Below, piece after piece: positions 47,969 through 58,919 of a stretch of 64,000 nucleotides of DNA. A program made the position numbers and the translations under genes. This DNA is from an uncultured Armatimonadetes bacterium (lineage in GTDB: Bacteria > Armatimonadota > UBA5829 > DTJY01): contig OY970325.1 of NCBI GenBank assembly GCA_963717145.1, positions 5,024,001 to 5,088,000 on the forward strand, read 5' to 3'. A model generated the notes under the pieces. That model was not told the DNA's origin. It worked only from the letters and a program-made list of their open reading frames with translations, and ran no database searches. How positions within the stretch are numbered: position 1 is the stretch's first letter; every line of letters starts with the position of its first letter.

Positions 47969-49006
47969 ATGATGCTTGCCAGCCGTGAAAGAGTCCTTGC
48001 AGCGATCGATCGTCATCAGCCGGACAGGTGTCCGGCGGATATCTGGGCCGAGGCCGAGGTCTGGGACCGCCTCATACGCGACCTCGGCTTCCGCACGCAC
48101 GATCAAGTCCGCGAGGCGCTCAAGATAGACGTGCGCTATGTGTCGCCGATCTGTCCCCCCGATGTCGAGAAAGACGGCGTCCGACAGAACATGTGGGGCG
48201 AGCGCTGGGCGAGGGCGAACACTCCTTGGGGCGAGAACTGGGAGCACATCGACGGCGCGCTTGCCGGCGCATCGAGCCTTGAGGAACTGCAGGCGTTTCC
48301 CTGGCCGACCTGCGACGACGTGGACTACTCGAGCCTCGCCGAGCAGTGCGACCGTTACGATGGATATGCCATCGCATTCGGGAACGCCGACATCTTCGAA
48401 CGGCCCGCACTTGTTCGCGGCCTGGAGAATATGCTCTGCGATACGGCGCTCAATCCGTCGTGGGTCGAGTATCTGACGAAGGTATTCCTGGACTTCTTTG
48501 TCGAAGACTTCATTAGGACGATGGAGGCGACCCGCGGCCGGATCGATATCTACTACGCGCTCACCGACCTCGGCACGCAGTTGGGGCTGCTTCAGAGCAT
48601 GGATACGTTCCGGCGGTTCATCGCGCCGTCGATCCGGACCCTCGCGGACGTGGTGCATCGGCATGGCGTCAAGTTCATGTTCCACTCCTGCGGCGCGGTC
48701 AGGGAGGCGATCCCCGAGCTGATCGAGCTTGGGGTAGACATCCTGAACCCGATCCAGCCCGCGGCGGTCGGGATGGAACCGGAGGCCTTGAAGCGTGATT
48801 TCGGCCGCGACTTGTGCTTCCACGGAGGGATCGACGTGCAGTTCCTGTTGCCGCTCGAGACGCCCGAAGCCGTCCGCCGGGAAGTCCGGCGTCGAGTCGA
48901 GATCCTCGGCGATGGAGGAGGATACATCCTTGCGCCGTCGCACAACCTGCAGCAGGACATCAGCACCGAGAATATCCTGGCGATGTACGATATTTCACTG
49001 AGATAG
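47969..49006 (+). CDS. UROD/MtaA-family protein
   Basis: SRERVLAA, RGLEN, FHSCG, LNPIQP, GGID, HNLQ. Confidence 0.85.
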   Translation: MMLASRERVLAAIDRHQPDRCPADIWAEAEVWDRLIRDLGFRTHDQVREALKIDVRYVSPICPPDVEKDGVRQNMWGERWARANTPWGENWEHIDGALAGASSLEELQAFPWPTCDDVDYSSLAEQCDRYDGYAIAFGNADIFERPALVRGLENMLCDTALNPSWVEYLTKVFLDFFVEDFIRTMEATRGRIDIYYALTDLGTQLGLLQSMDTFRRFIAPSIRTLADVVHRHGVKFMFHSCGAVREAIPELIELGVDILNPIQPAAVGMEPEALKRDFGRDLCFHGGIDVQFLLPLETPEAVRREVRRRVEILGDGGGYILAPSHNLQQDISTENILAMYDISLR

Positions 49007-49010
49007 AATG

Positions 49011-49108
49011 TCCCCCTTACGAAGGGGGACCGGCCTCTGGGCCGAGGGGGTTTGCCTGCGCGAACCTCCCCCGGCCTGCTGGCCGGCCCCTCCTTCGTAA
49101 GGAGGGGC
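49011..49108. repeat. REP-like double hairpin (CCCCTCCTT..AAGGAGGGG type)
   Basis: TCCCCCTT-ACG-AAGGGGGA and GCCCCTCCTT-CGT-AAGGAGGGGC. Confidence 0.65.
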
Positions 49109-49127
49109 GCAGAGAAAGGACAGAGAT

Positions 49128-49946
49128 TTGATCACTACCAGCATGGGCAAGCAGCTTCGAATGAGGCGCGTCTTCCGCAACGGGCGGGTCATGGTGATGC
49201 CGTTCGATCACCCGATCTACTTCGGCCCGCAGCCCGGCAACGAAGATCCGGCCCGCGTCGTCAGGCTCGCGCGCGAGCACGGATGCACCGCACTTCTCGT
49301 GACCGCCGGCGCGCTCCGGTGCGCGATGGACGAGGTGGGCGACATGGGGATCATCATGCGGATCGACACGACCATCACGAAGATCGGCGGCCCGGATACC
49401 GTCATGCACCTCCTGCACAGTGTGGAGGAAGCGGCGGTCCTTGGCGCGGACATGGTGGTCATCAACTGCTACGTCGGCATCGGCGACCCTGAGGTCGAAT
49501 CGGCGCTGCTCACCAAGCTGGCGGACGCCTCGGCGGAGTGCGAGGCCATCGGGATGCCGATGTGCGCGGAGATCATCCCGAGGGTGTCGTACAAGGATCC
49601 GGCTCAGACGATGCCGACCTCCGACGATCTCGCCGTCGCGATCCGAATCGGCCTCGAATACGGCTGCGACCTCGTGAAGACTGTCTACAACGGCGATCCC
49701 GACGGATACGCGCGGGCGATCGCGGCCGGCCACCTGCCCGTCATCATGGCCGGCGGACCGAAGTCGGGCGACGACCTGTCGATCTTCCGCCAGGTGAAGG
49801 AAGCGTTGGCCAATGGCGCGTGCGGGGCGGCGATCGGCAGGCGCGTCTGGGGGAGCGACCGCCCGGAAGCGACCCTCGACGCCCTGAGAGCGATCATCAT
49901 GGACGACGCCTCGGTCGACGAAGCGATCAGGATATACAAGGCGTGA
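49128..49946 (+). CDS. Class I aldolase (DhnA/LsrF family)
   Basis: PFDH, GCDLVKT.Y, AGGPK, IGRRVW. Confidence 0.88.
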   Translation: MITTSMGKQLRMRRVFRNGRVMVMPFDHPIYFGPQPGNEDPARVVRLAREHGCTALLVTAGALRCAMDEVGDMGIIMRIDTTITKIGGPDTVMHLLHSVEEAAVLGADMVVINCYVGIGDPEVESALLTKLADASAECEAIGMPMCAEIIPRVSYKDPAQTMPTSDDLAVAIRIGLEYGCDLVKTVYNGDPDGYARAIAAGHLPVIMAGGPKSGDDLSIFRQVKEALANGACGAAIGRRVWGSDRPEATLDALRAIIMDDASVDEAIRIYKA

Positions 49947-50014
49947 CTGTAGTGGCCGTGCCTCTGTGCCGGCCAGTAACGTAGCAGGCCGGCACAGAGG
50001 CACGGCCACTACAG
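49947..50014. repeat. GTAG-type REP doublet
   Basis: 28-bp perfect arms CTGTAGTGGCCGTGCCTCTGTGCCGGCC. Confidence 0.85.
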
Positions 50015-50033
50015 GAGGATGGGGAGACGACAC

Positions 50034-51485
50034 ATGGCATATACCGTTCACTATGATGCCCGGACCGCCCCGAAGCTCGGGCTGGTCCTGAACTCGATCG
50101 ATGTCTTCAGCAGCGAGGGCAAGGATCTTGCCGACCGACGGATGACCGTGCTCTTCGACGACCTCAAGCGCGAAGGGGCGATCCATGCCGATTCCATTCT
50201 GACGCGTCGGATCGCCGGGCCGCACGAGGCGTTGACGGTTGCCGACGAATTGGCGCGGGCGATGGTCGATGTCATCGTCATCTGCAACAGCGCCTTCCCG
50301 AACGGCCATGTGTTCCCGACGATCGCCCTTCATCCGCAGTTGAGCCGCACACCGGTGATCGTGACCTCCGACCACGAGCCGGACGTCGGCGACGCCGAGT
50401 GGACCACCAACGCGTGGTGCGGCGTCATCATGAACAACTACCTCGCGAAACAGGTCGGCAGGCCGATCCGGGCTCTCGGCGGAAATCCCGAGTCCGAGAG
50501 CTTCCGTGATGAGTTGAAGATGCTGTTGAACTCATACCGCGCGGTGGCGAGGTTGAGGAGAGACTTCCTCGGACGATTCGGAGACGCACCCGGCGGATTC
50601 CATTCGGCGAACGCGGATCAGCCGGCGTTCCTCCGGACCTTCGGCACGCGAGTCGATACCGTAGACCTGCTCGGCCTCATGACGACCTATTATCACGGCA
50701 AGGCGAAGGGGCATTTGAGCGAAGAGAGCTTCACTGATGCCGATGTCGAGGCGACGATGGCCGAGATGAAGTCCGGCCGCAAGTGTCTCATCAGCGACGA
50801 GAAGCTTCTGAAGGGCGCCAAGCTGTACCACGCGTTCAAGGCGCAGATCGAGGCGAACGGGTACACCTCCATCGCGGTGAAGTGCTGGCCCGAGATCCTC
50901 CATCCGGCGATCGACATCGCGCCATGCTTCTCGATGACCTGGCTGCTGACCAAGGGCATCGTGACGGCGGCGGCATGCGAGGCCGACTGCCCGACCGCCG
51001 TGATGCAGACGCTCGGCACCCTGCTCTCGGGGAAGCCCGCGGCCTGCCTCGATTTCGTCAACTACACCGGCGGCTGCGAATGCGTCGAACTCGGCCACTG
51101 CGGAGTCGGTATCGCCGGGCAGATGGGCGACGGCGAGGCGATCGGGGAAAAGTCGCCCGACCGCCAGGGGGGCGACCTCAATGCCCCCGCGCTGATCGGC
51201 CAGTTTGCGTATGGGCCGAAGACGGGGATCGGCATCGCTCCGAAACCGGGAGGCGGCTTCAAGGTGCTCTCATTCACCGGCGAGAACACGCCCGCTTCAG
51301 CGAAGAACAAGCTCTACAGCGCCGCCGACGTGGTGGTGAAGGAATACCGCCAACTGCACGAGTTGATCATCCGCGAGGGATTCCCTCACCATCTCGCGGT
51401 GGCGATGTCGGATGTCTCACGTGAGATCGCCGAGGTCTGTGCCTTCCTGGGCGTCGAGTATCACAATCCAAAGGAGCAGGCATGA
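50034..51485 (+). CDS. L-fucose/L-arabinose isomerase-family protein
   Basis: AWCG, PGGF, AVKCWPE, CEAD, HCG, GFPHH. Confidence 0.8.
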   Translation: MAYTVHYDARTAPKLGLVLNSIDVFSSEGKDLADRRMTVLFDDLKREGAIHADSILTRRIAGPHEALTVADELARAMVDVIVICNSAFPNGHVFPTIALHPQLSRTPVIVTSDHEPDVGDAEWTTNAWCGVIMNNYLAKQVGRPIRALGGNPESESFRDELKMLLNSYRAVARLRRDFLGRFGDAPGGFHSANADQPAFLRTFGTRVDTVDLLGLMTTYYHGKAKGHLSEESFTDADVEATMAEMKSGRKCLISDEKLLKGAKLYHAFKAQIEANGYTSIAVKCWPEILHPAIDIAPCFSMTWLLTKGIVTAAACEADCPTAVMQTLGTLLSGKPAACLDFVNYTGGCECVELGHCGVGIAGQMGDGEAIGEKSPDRQGGDLNAPALIGQFAYGPKTGIGIAPKPGGGFKVLSFTGENTPASAKNKLYSAADVVVKEYRQLHELIIREGFPHHLAVAMSDVSREIAEVCAFLGVEYHNPKEQA

Positions 51486-52555
51486 CACCACGAGAGCGCG
51501 TGCTGGCCGTCCTGAACCGTCAGTTCCCCGATCGCCTGCCAAGGGAACTGAAGCTCACGTCCCCGCTGCTCGAACAATTCAAGGCGCGGACCGGGAGCGA
51601 CGATCCCGCCGAGTACTTCGACCTCGAGGTCAGGGACGTCTTCTTCAGCCAACCGACCGAGATGCCCGACTTCAGCCGGTACTACCCGGAAGGCGTTCCG
51701 CCGCTCCTGAACCCCGCCGGCTGGGAAGTCGGCGAGTGGGGAGTCGGCCAGGTCCCCGGCTCGCAGCTTCACTTCATCCACATCGAGCATCCGATGAAGA
51801 ATCTGAGCAGCCTCTCCGACCTGAAGGAGTATCCATTTCCCGACCTCACGCGTCCCGAGCGGCATGGGCACCTGGAAGCTGAGGTCGCGGCTCTGCATGA
51901 CCGGGGGCTCTTCGTCATCGGGTTCATGGAGTGGACGATCTTCGAGATCGCCTGGCACATGCGCGGCATGGAGAACCTCTTCGCCGACCTGGTCTTCAAC
52001 CCCGAGTTCGCCGAGTATCTGCTCGAAAAGATCACCGAGGCGCGCTGCTTCCAGGCCAGACGTCATGCCGAGGCGGGCGTCGATCTTATCAAGATCGGCG
52101 ACGACATCGGCACTCAACGCTCGATGCTGATGAGCCCGGCGACCTACCGCGAGTGGTTCAAGCCCAGGCACGCGCGAGTCATCGAAGCAGCGCGGAGGGT
52201 CAGGCCGGAGATCCCGGTCTGCTACCACAGCGACGGCAACTGCTGGGACGCGATCCCCGACCTGATCGAGGCAGGCGTGACCGTCCTGAACCCGATCCAG
52301 CCGGAGTGCATGGACCTCGCGGCGGTGAAGCGCGAATTCGGCCGCGACCTGGTCTTCTGGGGCGGGATCGGCACTCAGACGACCATGCCGTTCGACACTC
52401 CGGCGCAGGTCTATGAGACTGTCCGGCGCACGATCGACATCCTCGGCCCACAGGGATACTTCCCATGCCCGACGCACGTCCTCGAGCCGGAAGTCCCCTG
52501 GGAGAACATCCTGGCCTATCTGCGGGCCGTGGAGGAGTATGACAATGATCGGTAG
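51482..52555 (+). CDS. UROD/MtaA-family protein
   Basis: MTPRERV, RGMEN, GDDIGTQ, YHSDG, LNPIQPE, THVLEP. Confidence 0.85.
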   Translation: MTPRERVLAVLNRQFPDRLPRELKLTSPLLEQFKARTGSDDPAEYFDLEVRDVFFSQPTEMPDFSRYYPEGVPPLLNPAGWEVGEWGVGQVPGSQLHFIHIEHPMKNLSSLSDLKEYPFPDLTRPERHGHLEAEVAALHDRGLFVIGFMEWTIFEIAWHMRGMENLFADLVFNPEFAEYLLEKITEARCFQARRHAEAGVDLIKIGDDIGTQRSMLMSPATYREWFKPRHARVIEAARRVRPEIPVCYHSDGNCWDAIPDLIEAGVTVLNPIQPECMDLAAVKREFGRDLVFWGGIGTQTTMPFDTPAQVYETVRRTIDILGPQGYFPCPTHVLEPEVPWENILAYLRAVEEYDNDR

Positions 52556-54923
52556 GCTCGGTATCATCACGGCCGTCGTGCTGCTGTTGGGTGGGCACGC
52601 CGCTGTCGCGGAGGAGGCAAAGAACGTGGAGATAAAGCTGGCCCACGTGTGGTCCGACAGACCGCTCGCAAAGACGGGCGACACGATCATGTTCGCCGCG
52701 TTTGTGGAGAACGCGGGCGAAGTCGAGGCGAAAGATGTCTCGGTGGAGCTGAAGTCTCCCTCAGGCATTTCAGTCGCCGAGCCGGTGCGCAGAGTGCCTT
52801 CGATCCCTGCCGGTTCGTATCAGCGGATCGACTGGAGACTGAAGGCCGAGAAGCCCGGTCCGGTCGATCTGGAAGTGACTGCATCCACGCAGAAGGCGTC
52901 TTACCGGATTCTGGTCATCGATCGGTCGGCGAAGTACAGCCGGCAGGAGCTTTGCACCGATGCGGACGGTTACTGGCATATTCTCGACAGACCGGCGACC
53001 CTCCAGCAGGGGAACGACAGTTCCCTGACGCCGATCAAGCACAAGAAATCCTCCGAGATCGGCCGCAACACCTACGGCATCTGCGCGCACGTGCCGAGGT
53101 CGAAGGACTACGAGGACCCGTTCAACCCGTCGCATCTCATTGACGGAGACGCGGAGTCGTGCTGGTCGAGCCATCAGAATCCCTCGGCCTATCCGGGCGT
53201 GCCCCCGTGGGCGCAGATCGACCTCGGCAAGCAGCACACGTTCAGGCAGGTCAACCTCATCCCGTACTGGCACAATACCGATTTCCCTCAGGGGTTCAGC
53301 GTCCTCACGAGCCTCGATGGCAAGTCGTGGGAGACCGCTCTGAAACAGGATAACTACGACCTCGCAGATCACGGCGAGAAGAGGGGCGACAAGCTCGCCC
53401 AGCCGTTTGTCCTCGACAAGGCCGTGAAGGCGCGGTACGTGCGCATCGAGTTCGAGCGGCTTCCCCTCTCCGGCGGCAACTACGCGGAGGTTTCGCAGGG
53501 ATGGAAGGCGCGGCTCTCCGGCATCGAGGTGCTGGACACCAGGAGTCGGAACGTCGCGCTCCTCGATCAGGGTGCGACCGTCAGGACGTGCGACTACTTC
53601 ACAGGCTGGCAGAACACCGCCAAGACCGTGAACGAGTCGTTCGACCGCATCTTCGATATCGGGTACAAGTGGGTGCGCATCAGTCAGTGGGGCGATCAGA
53701 CGGAGTGGGCCGCCATCGAGCGCGAGAAGGGCAAGTTCGAAGTGGACCCGAAGACCGACGCCGGGATCCGCAGGCTACTCGACAACGGCGTGGACATCCT
53801 CTATACCCTCGACTATGGGAACGCCCTGTACGAACGCCCCGACCCGCCGGGCGACATCGGGCCGATCTACATGGAAGGGCATCCTTTCTCGCTGAATTGC
53901 GGGCCTCGAACGGAGGAAGGGCGTCAGGCATTCGTGCGGTATGTCGACTATGTTGTGCGCAGATACGGCGACCGGATCAAGTGGTGGGAGCTTTGGAACG
54001 AGGAGAACGGCTGGTACCCGGGCTTCGAGCCGGAGCTTTACGGCAAGCTTCTCCTCGCAGTATCGAAGCACATCAAGGAGATCGATCCGACCTGCAAGGT
54101 CATGTTCGGAGGTACCGCCGCCCCTGCTCCCATCACCACCGAGATATCCCTGCGCGAGGGAGCGGCCCCATATCTGGACGCAACTGCATTCCATCCCTAC
54201 GGCATCGACAAGCCCGAGGGCGGCATGGGCACGATGGAGTACTATCAGGGAAAGAACCTGTCTCAGAGCCGCGAGCAGACCGGTTGGAACCACCTGGAGG
54301 AGATCATCGAGGGCGTTACGAAGCCGTTCGCCGAACATGGCAAGCCCAACGTTGAGGTTTGGCTGAACGAGTGGGGCACCAATCTCTCGGGCCTCGATTT
54401 CACCTACAAGCCGGGCATCGGCGAATACGGCTGCGCTAAGTACATGATGCGCTTCTACATCTACAGTGGATGGCTCAAGTCGCCTGCAGCGTGGTGGGCG
54501 CTCTATAACATGAACAGGAGCCAGGACTGGGGCATCATCGACCAGCACGACTACAGCCTCAGGCCGATGTCATACGCGGTCCAGAACGTCTGCAGTATCG
54601 TAAGCGACGTCGAGCCCATACGCAAGCTCGATTACACGTGCTATGGCGAATCGCCCGATCCGAAGGTGATCGGCTACACCAGGGACCGAAGCGGCGAGAC
54701 GCTCGTCCTGGCATGGGCGGCCGAGACGTTCAACGAGGATGTGAAGTCGTGCCCGAGCAATCTGTCGTTCAAGCTGGACTCCCGCCCGAAGCAGGTAGTA
54801 CTCACCGATCTCTACTGGGGCGTCTCGCAGTCCGCGGTCTGGTCATATGATGACGGCATGCTCACCGTCGAGGGGCTGATCGTGCGCGACTACCCGGTCG
54901 CGATCGAATGCCGAATGAAGTGA
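52539..54923 (+). CDS. Secreted clan GH-A glycoside hydrolase with Ig-like and F5/8 (discoidin) domains
   Basis: Signal peptide; LIDG..W.S..W.QIDLG..ARYVRI; WELWNE, FHPY, WLNEWG. Confidence 0.78.
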   Translation: MTMIGRLGIITAVVLLLGGHAAVAEEAKNVEIKLAHVWSDRPLAKTGDTIMFAAFVENAGEVEAKDVSVELKSPSGISVAEPVRRVPSIPAGSYQRIDWRLKAEKPGPVDLEVTASTQKASYRILVIDRSAKYSRQELCTDADGYWHILDRPATLQQGNDSSLTPIKHKKSSEIGRNTYGICAHVPRSKDYEDPFNPSHLIDGDAESCWSSHQNPSAYPGVPPWAQIDLGKQHTFRQVNLIPYWHNTDFPQGFSVLTSLDGKSWETALKQDNYDLADHGEKRGDKLAQPFVLDKAVKARYVRIEFERLPLSGGNYAEVSQGWKARLSGIEVLDTRSRNVALLDQGATVRTCDYFTGWQNTAKTVNESFDRIFDIGYKWVRISQWGDQTEWAAIEREKGKFEVDPKTDAGIRRLLDNGVDILYTLDYGNALYERPDPPGDIGPIYMEGHPFSLNCGPRTEEGRQAFVRYVDYVVRRYGDRIKWWELWNEENGWYPGFEPELYGKLLLAVSKHIKEIDPTCKVMFGGTAAPAPITTEISLREGAAPYLDATAFHPYGIDKPEGGMGTMEYYQGKNLSQSREQTGWNHLEEIIEGVTKPFAEHGKPNVEVWLNEWGTNLSGLDFTYKPGIGEYGCAKYMMRFYIYSGWLKSPAAWWALYNMNRSQDWGIIDQHDYSLRPMSYAVQNVCSIVSDVEPIRKLDYTCYGESPDPKVIGYTRDRSGETLVLAWAAETFNEDVKSCPSNLSFKLDSRPKQVVLTDLYWGVSQSAVWSYDDGMLTVEGLIVRDYPVAIECRMK

Positions 54924-54948
54924 ACGTATAAGTCGGTGGAGTTGGGCA

Positions 54949-56874
54949 ATGAGCAAGCAGACGGAGACAGAAGCCACTTTGCCCGTTAGACGGGTCGCCA
55001 CAAGAAGAGCCGTCATAATCGGGCTGCTTCTGATCCCGCTCAACATCCACTGGCTGATAATAGCGGAGTTCAGATGGTATAACATCCTCACGCTGAATCC
55101 GCTTTTCGTCACACCGGTCTTCTATCTTTTCGTATTGGCAGGTGTGAATGCTCTGCTTCGCAGGTTTGCCCCTAAGCACAGGCTTGATCCCGGCGAACTT
55201 GTCGTCATCTATGCCATGCTGGTCATCTCGTGCACGATAGCATCTCACGACTACATTATCAACCTGATGGCAACGATGACCTGGGCCAAGTGGAGCGCGA
55301 CTCCATCGAACGGCATGGAGCGCGACGTGCTGCCATTGCTTCCGAGATGGCTCATAGTGAACGACAGGAATGCCCTTGCAGGCTATTTCACGGGCAACGC
55401 GAACATGTATGACCTTGCGGTTCTGCGCGCGTGGATCGTGCCCGCGGCCTTCTGGTCCGGGTTCATGGTGGTCTGTGGTCGGGTGATGCTCTGCCTAAGC
55501 TCCATCTTCAGGAAAGCCTGGGTTGACGACACGCGGCTCTCTTTCCCCATAGTGCGTCTGCCCCTCGCGCTATTGGACCCTGATACGAACGATTCTACAC
55601 TACGGTCTCGCGGGCTCTGGATCGGATTCGCAGTAGTTGCGGCCATAGATGTGCTCAATGGACTGCAGATGTGGTATCCGAACCTGCCGCATGTCCAGAC
55701 ACGCGCTTGGTTCCTCGAATTCAAGAATCCACCGTGGTCTGCGATGGGCGCATTGCCCGTCACATTCTATCCATTTGCCATTGGGCTGGGTTACCTGGTG
55801 CCGCTCGATGTATCATTCTCCTGTTGGTTCTTCCATCTCTTCATCAAGGCTCAGTCCGTGATCGGTTACCAGTTGGGCTATGGCAGCGTGCGCGACTTCC
55901 CATTCCAGCATGAGCAGGGAATCGGGGCGTGGTTTGCGTTCGGAATAATGCTGCTCTACATGAGCCGGAAGTACCTTCGCAGCGCCTGGCGTTCCGCTCT
56001 GGATCCTCAGAGCAAGCGCGAACCCGATGAAGCCATGTCCTATCGTGCTGCATTCCTTGGTCTTGGCGCGGGCGTGCTGCTTCTAATATGGTTCTGGCGC
56101 GCGGCCGGGATGGGATCGTTCTGGACATTGTTCACCATCGGCGTGTTCCTGCTCGTATCCATAAGCATCACACGGGTGCGCGCCGAAGCCGGCGGTCAAC
56201 ACGCGGTCTGGGACTTGGAGCCGATCAATCTCGCCGGCCTGTTCGGTTCGAACTACCTGGGTCCGGGCAATATGGCCGCCTCGGCGCTCAGTCACTGGTT
56301 CTGGCGGCTGCAACGCAGCCACATAATGCCCAGCCAGCTCGAGTGTTTGAAGCTCGCGAAAGACTGTCGGTTGAACCTGCGAAGCCTTGTCCGCCCGCTC
56401 ATTCTAGCGCTGGTGCTCTCGGTAGGTTTCGGCTTCTGGTCATGCCTGCACGTCGGGTATAGCGAAGGGGCGCTCGCCAAGTGTCTCGGCAATCCCGTGT
56501 GGACTGCCAATGAGTCATTCGGCTGGCTGCAGAATTCGGTACACAATGGCCTCCACCCGGAGACGGGACGATGGGCGGCCGTGGGATCATCCGCCTTGTT
56601 TGTGACACTGTTGTCCTGGCTGCGCACGAGATATGAGTGGTTTCCATTCCACCCACTTGGCTACTGCATAGGCAACGAGCTTCGATGGCACTGGACGCCG
56701 TTCTTCGTTGCCTGGCTCGCCAAGCTCTTAGTCCTGCGCTACGGCGGCTTGAGGATGTACAGCAGGACACTTCCCTTTTTCCTTGGCCTGGTGCTCGGAG
56801 ATTACATAACTTGTGCGCTATGGTCGCTGGTTGGCGCACTTTGGAACGTGCCGACCTATCAGATGTTTCACTAA
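54949..56874 (+). CDS. Polytopic membrane protein (DUF6785/DUF6784-like, putative transporter)
   Basis: RKAW...RLSFPI, RVRAEAG, WFPFHPLGY, RYGG...PFFLGLVLGD. Confidence 0.7.
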   Translation: MSKQTETEATLPVRRVATRRAVIIGLLLIPLNIHWLIIAEFRWYNILTLNPLFVTPVFYLFVLAGVNALLRRFAPKHRLDPGELVVIYAMLVISCTIASHDYIINLMATMTWAKWSATPSNGMERDVLPLLPRWLIVNDRNALAGYFTGNANMYDLAVLRAWIVPAAFWSGFMVVCGRVMLCLSSIFRKAWVDDTRLSFPIVRLPLALLDPDTNDSTLRSRGLWIGFAVVAAIDVLNGLQMWYPNLPHVQTRAWFLEFKNPPWSAMGALPVTFYPFAIGLGYLVPLDVSFSCWFFHLFIKAQSVIGYQLGYGSVRDFPFQHEQGIGAWFAFGIMLLYMSRKYLRSAWRSALDPQSKREPDEAMSYRAAFLGLGAGVLLLIWFWRAAGMGSFWTLFTIGVFLLVSISITRVRAEAGGQHAVWDLEPINLAGLFGSNYLGPGNMAASALSHWFWRLQRSHIMPSQLECLKLAKDCRLNLRSLVRPLILALVLSVGFGFWSCLHVGYSEGALAKCLGNPVWTANESFGWLQNSVHNGLHPETGRWAAVGSSALFVTLLSWLRTRYEWFPFHPLGYCIGNELRWHWTPFFVAWLAKLLVLRYGGLRMYSRTLPFFLGLVLGDYITCALWSLVGALWNVPTYQMFH

Positions 56875-56945
56875 CCCACATTATTCATGACTTGCTCAGA
56901 ATGACATGAATCATGCGGCCAGTTGCAGTGTCAGGAGGTAACCGA

Positions 56946-58919
56946 ATGTATCTCGGAAGCGCGTGGTATCCGGAGCACTGGGACGAGTCGTACTGGGAGC
57001 AGGACGTTCGGCTGATGCACGAGGCCGGCTTCAACGTCGTGCGGATCGCCGAGTTTGCGTGGAGCAGGATGGAGCCGGAGGAGGGCCGATTCGAGCTTGG
57101 CTGGCTCGAACGAGTGGTCGAGCTTTGTGCCAAGTATGGCGTCGAGACGATCCTCGGCACGCCGAGCGCCTCGCCGCCCGCGTGGTTGACGCACAAGTAC
57201 CCCGAGACGCTGGCGGTCGGCATGGACGGACGCCGTGCCCAACATGGTCGCCGGCAGCACTACTCTCCCTCGAGTCTGCTCTACACGAAACTCTCCGTCC
57301 GTGTCGCCGAGGAGATGGCAACACGGTTCGGCCGGAATCCGCACGTCATCGGCTGGCAGATCGACAATGAGTTTGGGCCTGTCTCCTATGACGACGCGAC
57401 CAAAGGGCAGTGGCAGGAGTGGCTGAGGAAGAAGCACGGCACGCTCGACGCCCTGAACGATCACTGGTCCGCCGCGTTCTGGAGCCAGGAGTACTCGGCC
57501 TGGGAGCAGATTCCGCTCCCGTCCGGCTTCGACAACCCGCAGCTCGTGCTCGACTTCCGGCGGTTCATCACCCATGTCTACAAGACGTTCCAGCGCGCGC
57601 AGATCGATGTCATCCGGGAGCACGCCGAACCCCGGCAGTTGATCACGCACAACTTCATGGGCATCTGGCCGACCACCTTTGACCACTTTGAGCTGTCGGA
57701 GGATCTGGATATCGCTTCGTGGGACAGTTACATCAGCATCGGGCGACTTGATTACCACACGAATGGCTGCTCACACGACCTTACCCGCAGCTTCAAAAAG
57801 AAGAACTTCTGGGTCCTGGAGACGCAGATCGGACGGACCTGCGGTTCCGTACATCTGCCCGTTCAGACTCCGCTCGATGCCGGGGAGGTGCGGACCCTGA
57901 CGTGGCACCACGCCGGTCACGGGGCTGATGCGGCGCTCTACTGGGAATGGCGCGCTGCTCCGGGAGGTCAGGAGTATTACGCCGGCGTTGCGGTGATGCA
58001 GGACGGCCTGCCTGCGCGACTCTATCCGGAGCTTCAGCAGATCGGCAGGGAGTTCGCGTCGGCGTCACCGATTCTGGACGGGACTCAGCCCGTCTCGCAT
58101 GTCGCAATGATCCATGCGTATGAAGACCGCTGGCTGCTCGATGCGTATCGGCATCAGAAGAACTTCGAGCCGGTCAGCCACTTCGCAGCCTACTATCGGG
58201 CTGTCAGGTCGATAACCCACGAGATGGACTTCGTGCGTGCGACCGATCCTCTGGACGACTACAGGCTCGTGATTGCGCCCCACATGATGATCGTGGATGA
58301 GGAGCGCGCGCGCCGCTATATCAGCTACGTCGAATCGGGCGGACACCTCGTTTTGGGGGCTCGGTCCGGGGGGAAGGATGTGCACGGCAGGTGGCTGCAG
58401 TTGCGCCAACCGGGCCCGCTTGCAGGGCTGCTCGGCGCGCACGTGGATGAGTTCTACGGGCTCGACAAGCCCGTACCGGTTTCGGGGGAGTTCGGCGATG
58501 GAGAGGCGCGACTGTGGGCCGAGCTACTGGAGGTGGATTCGCCGGGCACGGATGTGCTGGCGCGCTATGAACCATGCAACGGTTGGCTGGACGGGCAGGC
58601 GGCTGTTGTGACTCGTTGTGTCGGCAGAGGTCGCGTAACCTACGTGGGGACATGGTTCGACGAGAAGGTCATGGGGTCTCTCGGTCGATGGCTGGTCGAA
58701 GTGAGCGGCGTCCAACCGGCATTCGGGCCGGTCCCCGACGGCGTCGAAGTCTGCAGGCGGGTAGGCGAAGGCCGCGAGGTCCTCATCATCATCAACCATT
58801 CGCAGTCCGAGCAATCCGTCGCCCTCCCAAGGCCGATGAAGGATGTCCTCACGGAAGTGCCTCTTGCTCAGTCGCTCGATATCCCACCGCTGGGAGTACT
58901 GGTACTGGTGCAACTGTGA
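56946..58919 (+). CDS. GH42 beta-galactosidase
   Basis: WYPEHW, AEFAWS..EP, WQIDNE, THNFM, SWDSY, LETQ. Confidence 0.92.
   Translation: MYLGSAWYPEHWDESYWEQDVRLMHEAGFNVVRIAEFAWSRMEPEEGRFELGWLERVVELCAKYGVETILGTPSASPPAWLTHKYPETLAVGMDGRRAQHGRRQHYSPSSLLYTKLSVRVAEEMATRFGRNPHVIGWQIDNEFGPVSYDDATKGQWQEWLRKKHGTLDALNDHWSAAFWSQEYSAWEQIPLPSGFDNPQLVLDFRRFITHVYKTFQRAQIDVIREHAEPRQLITHNFMGIWPTTFDHFELSEDLDIASWDSYISIGRLDYHTNGCSHDLTRSFKKKNFWVLETQIGRTCGSVHLPVQTPLDAGEVRTLTWHHAGHGADAALYWEWRAAPGGQEYYAGVAVMQDGLPARLYPELQQIGREFASASPILDGTQPVSHVAMIHAYEDRWLLDAYRHQKNFEPVSHFAAYYRAVRSITHEMDFVRATDPLDDYRLVIAPHMMIVDEERARRYISYVESGGHLVLGARSGGKDVHGRWLQLRQPGPLAGLLGAHVDEFYGLDKPVPVSGEFGDGEARLWAELLEVDSPGTDVLARYEPCNGWLDGQAAVVTRCVGRGRVTYVGTWFDEKVMGSLGRWLVEVSGVQPAFGPVPDGVEVCRRVGEGREVLIIINHSQSEQSVALPRPMKDVLTEVPLAQSLDIPPLGVLVLVQL

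Noticed and set aside
46766-48943. 725-aa minus-strand ORF, and similar long antisense ORFs such as 43949-45244, 49017-50375 and 51461-52768
   Set aside because: Shadows of well-supported plus-strand genes in GC-rich DNA; no motifs
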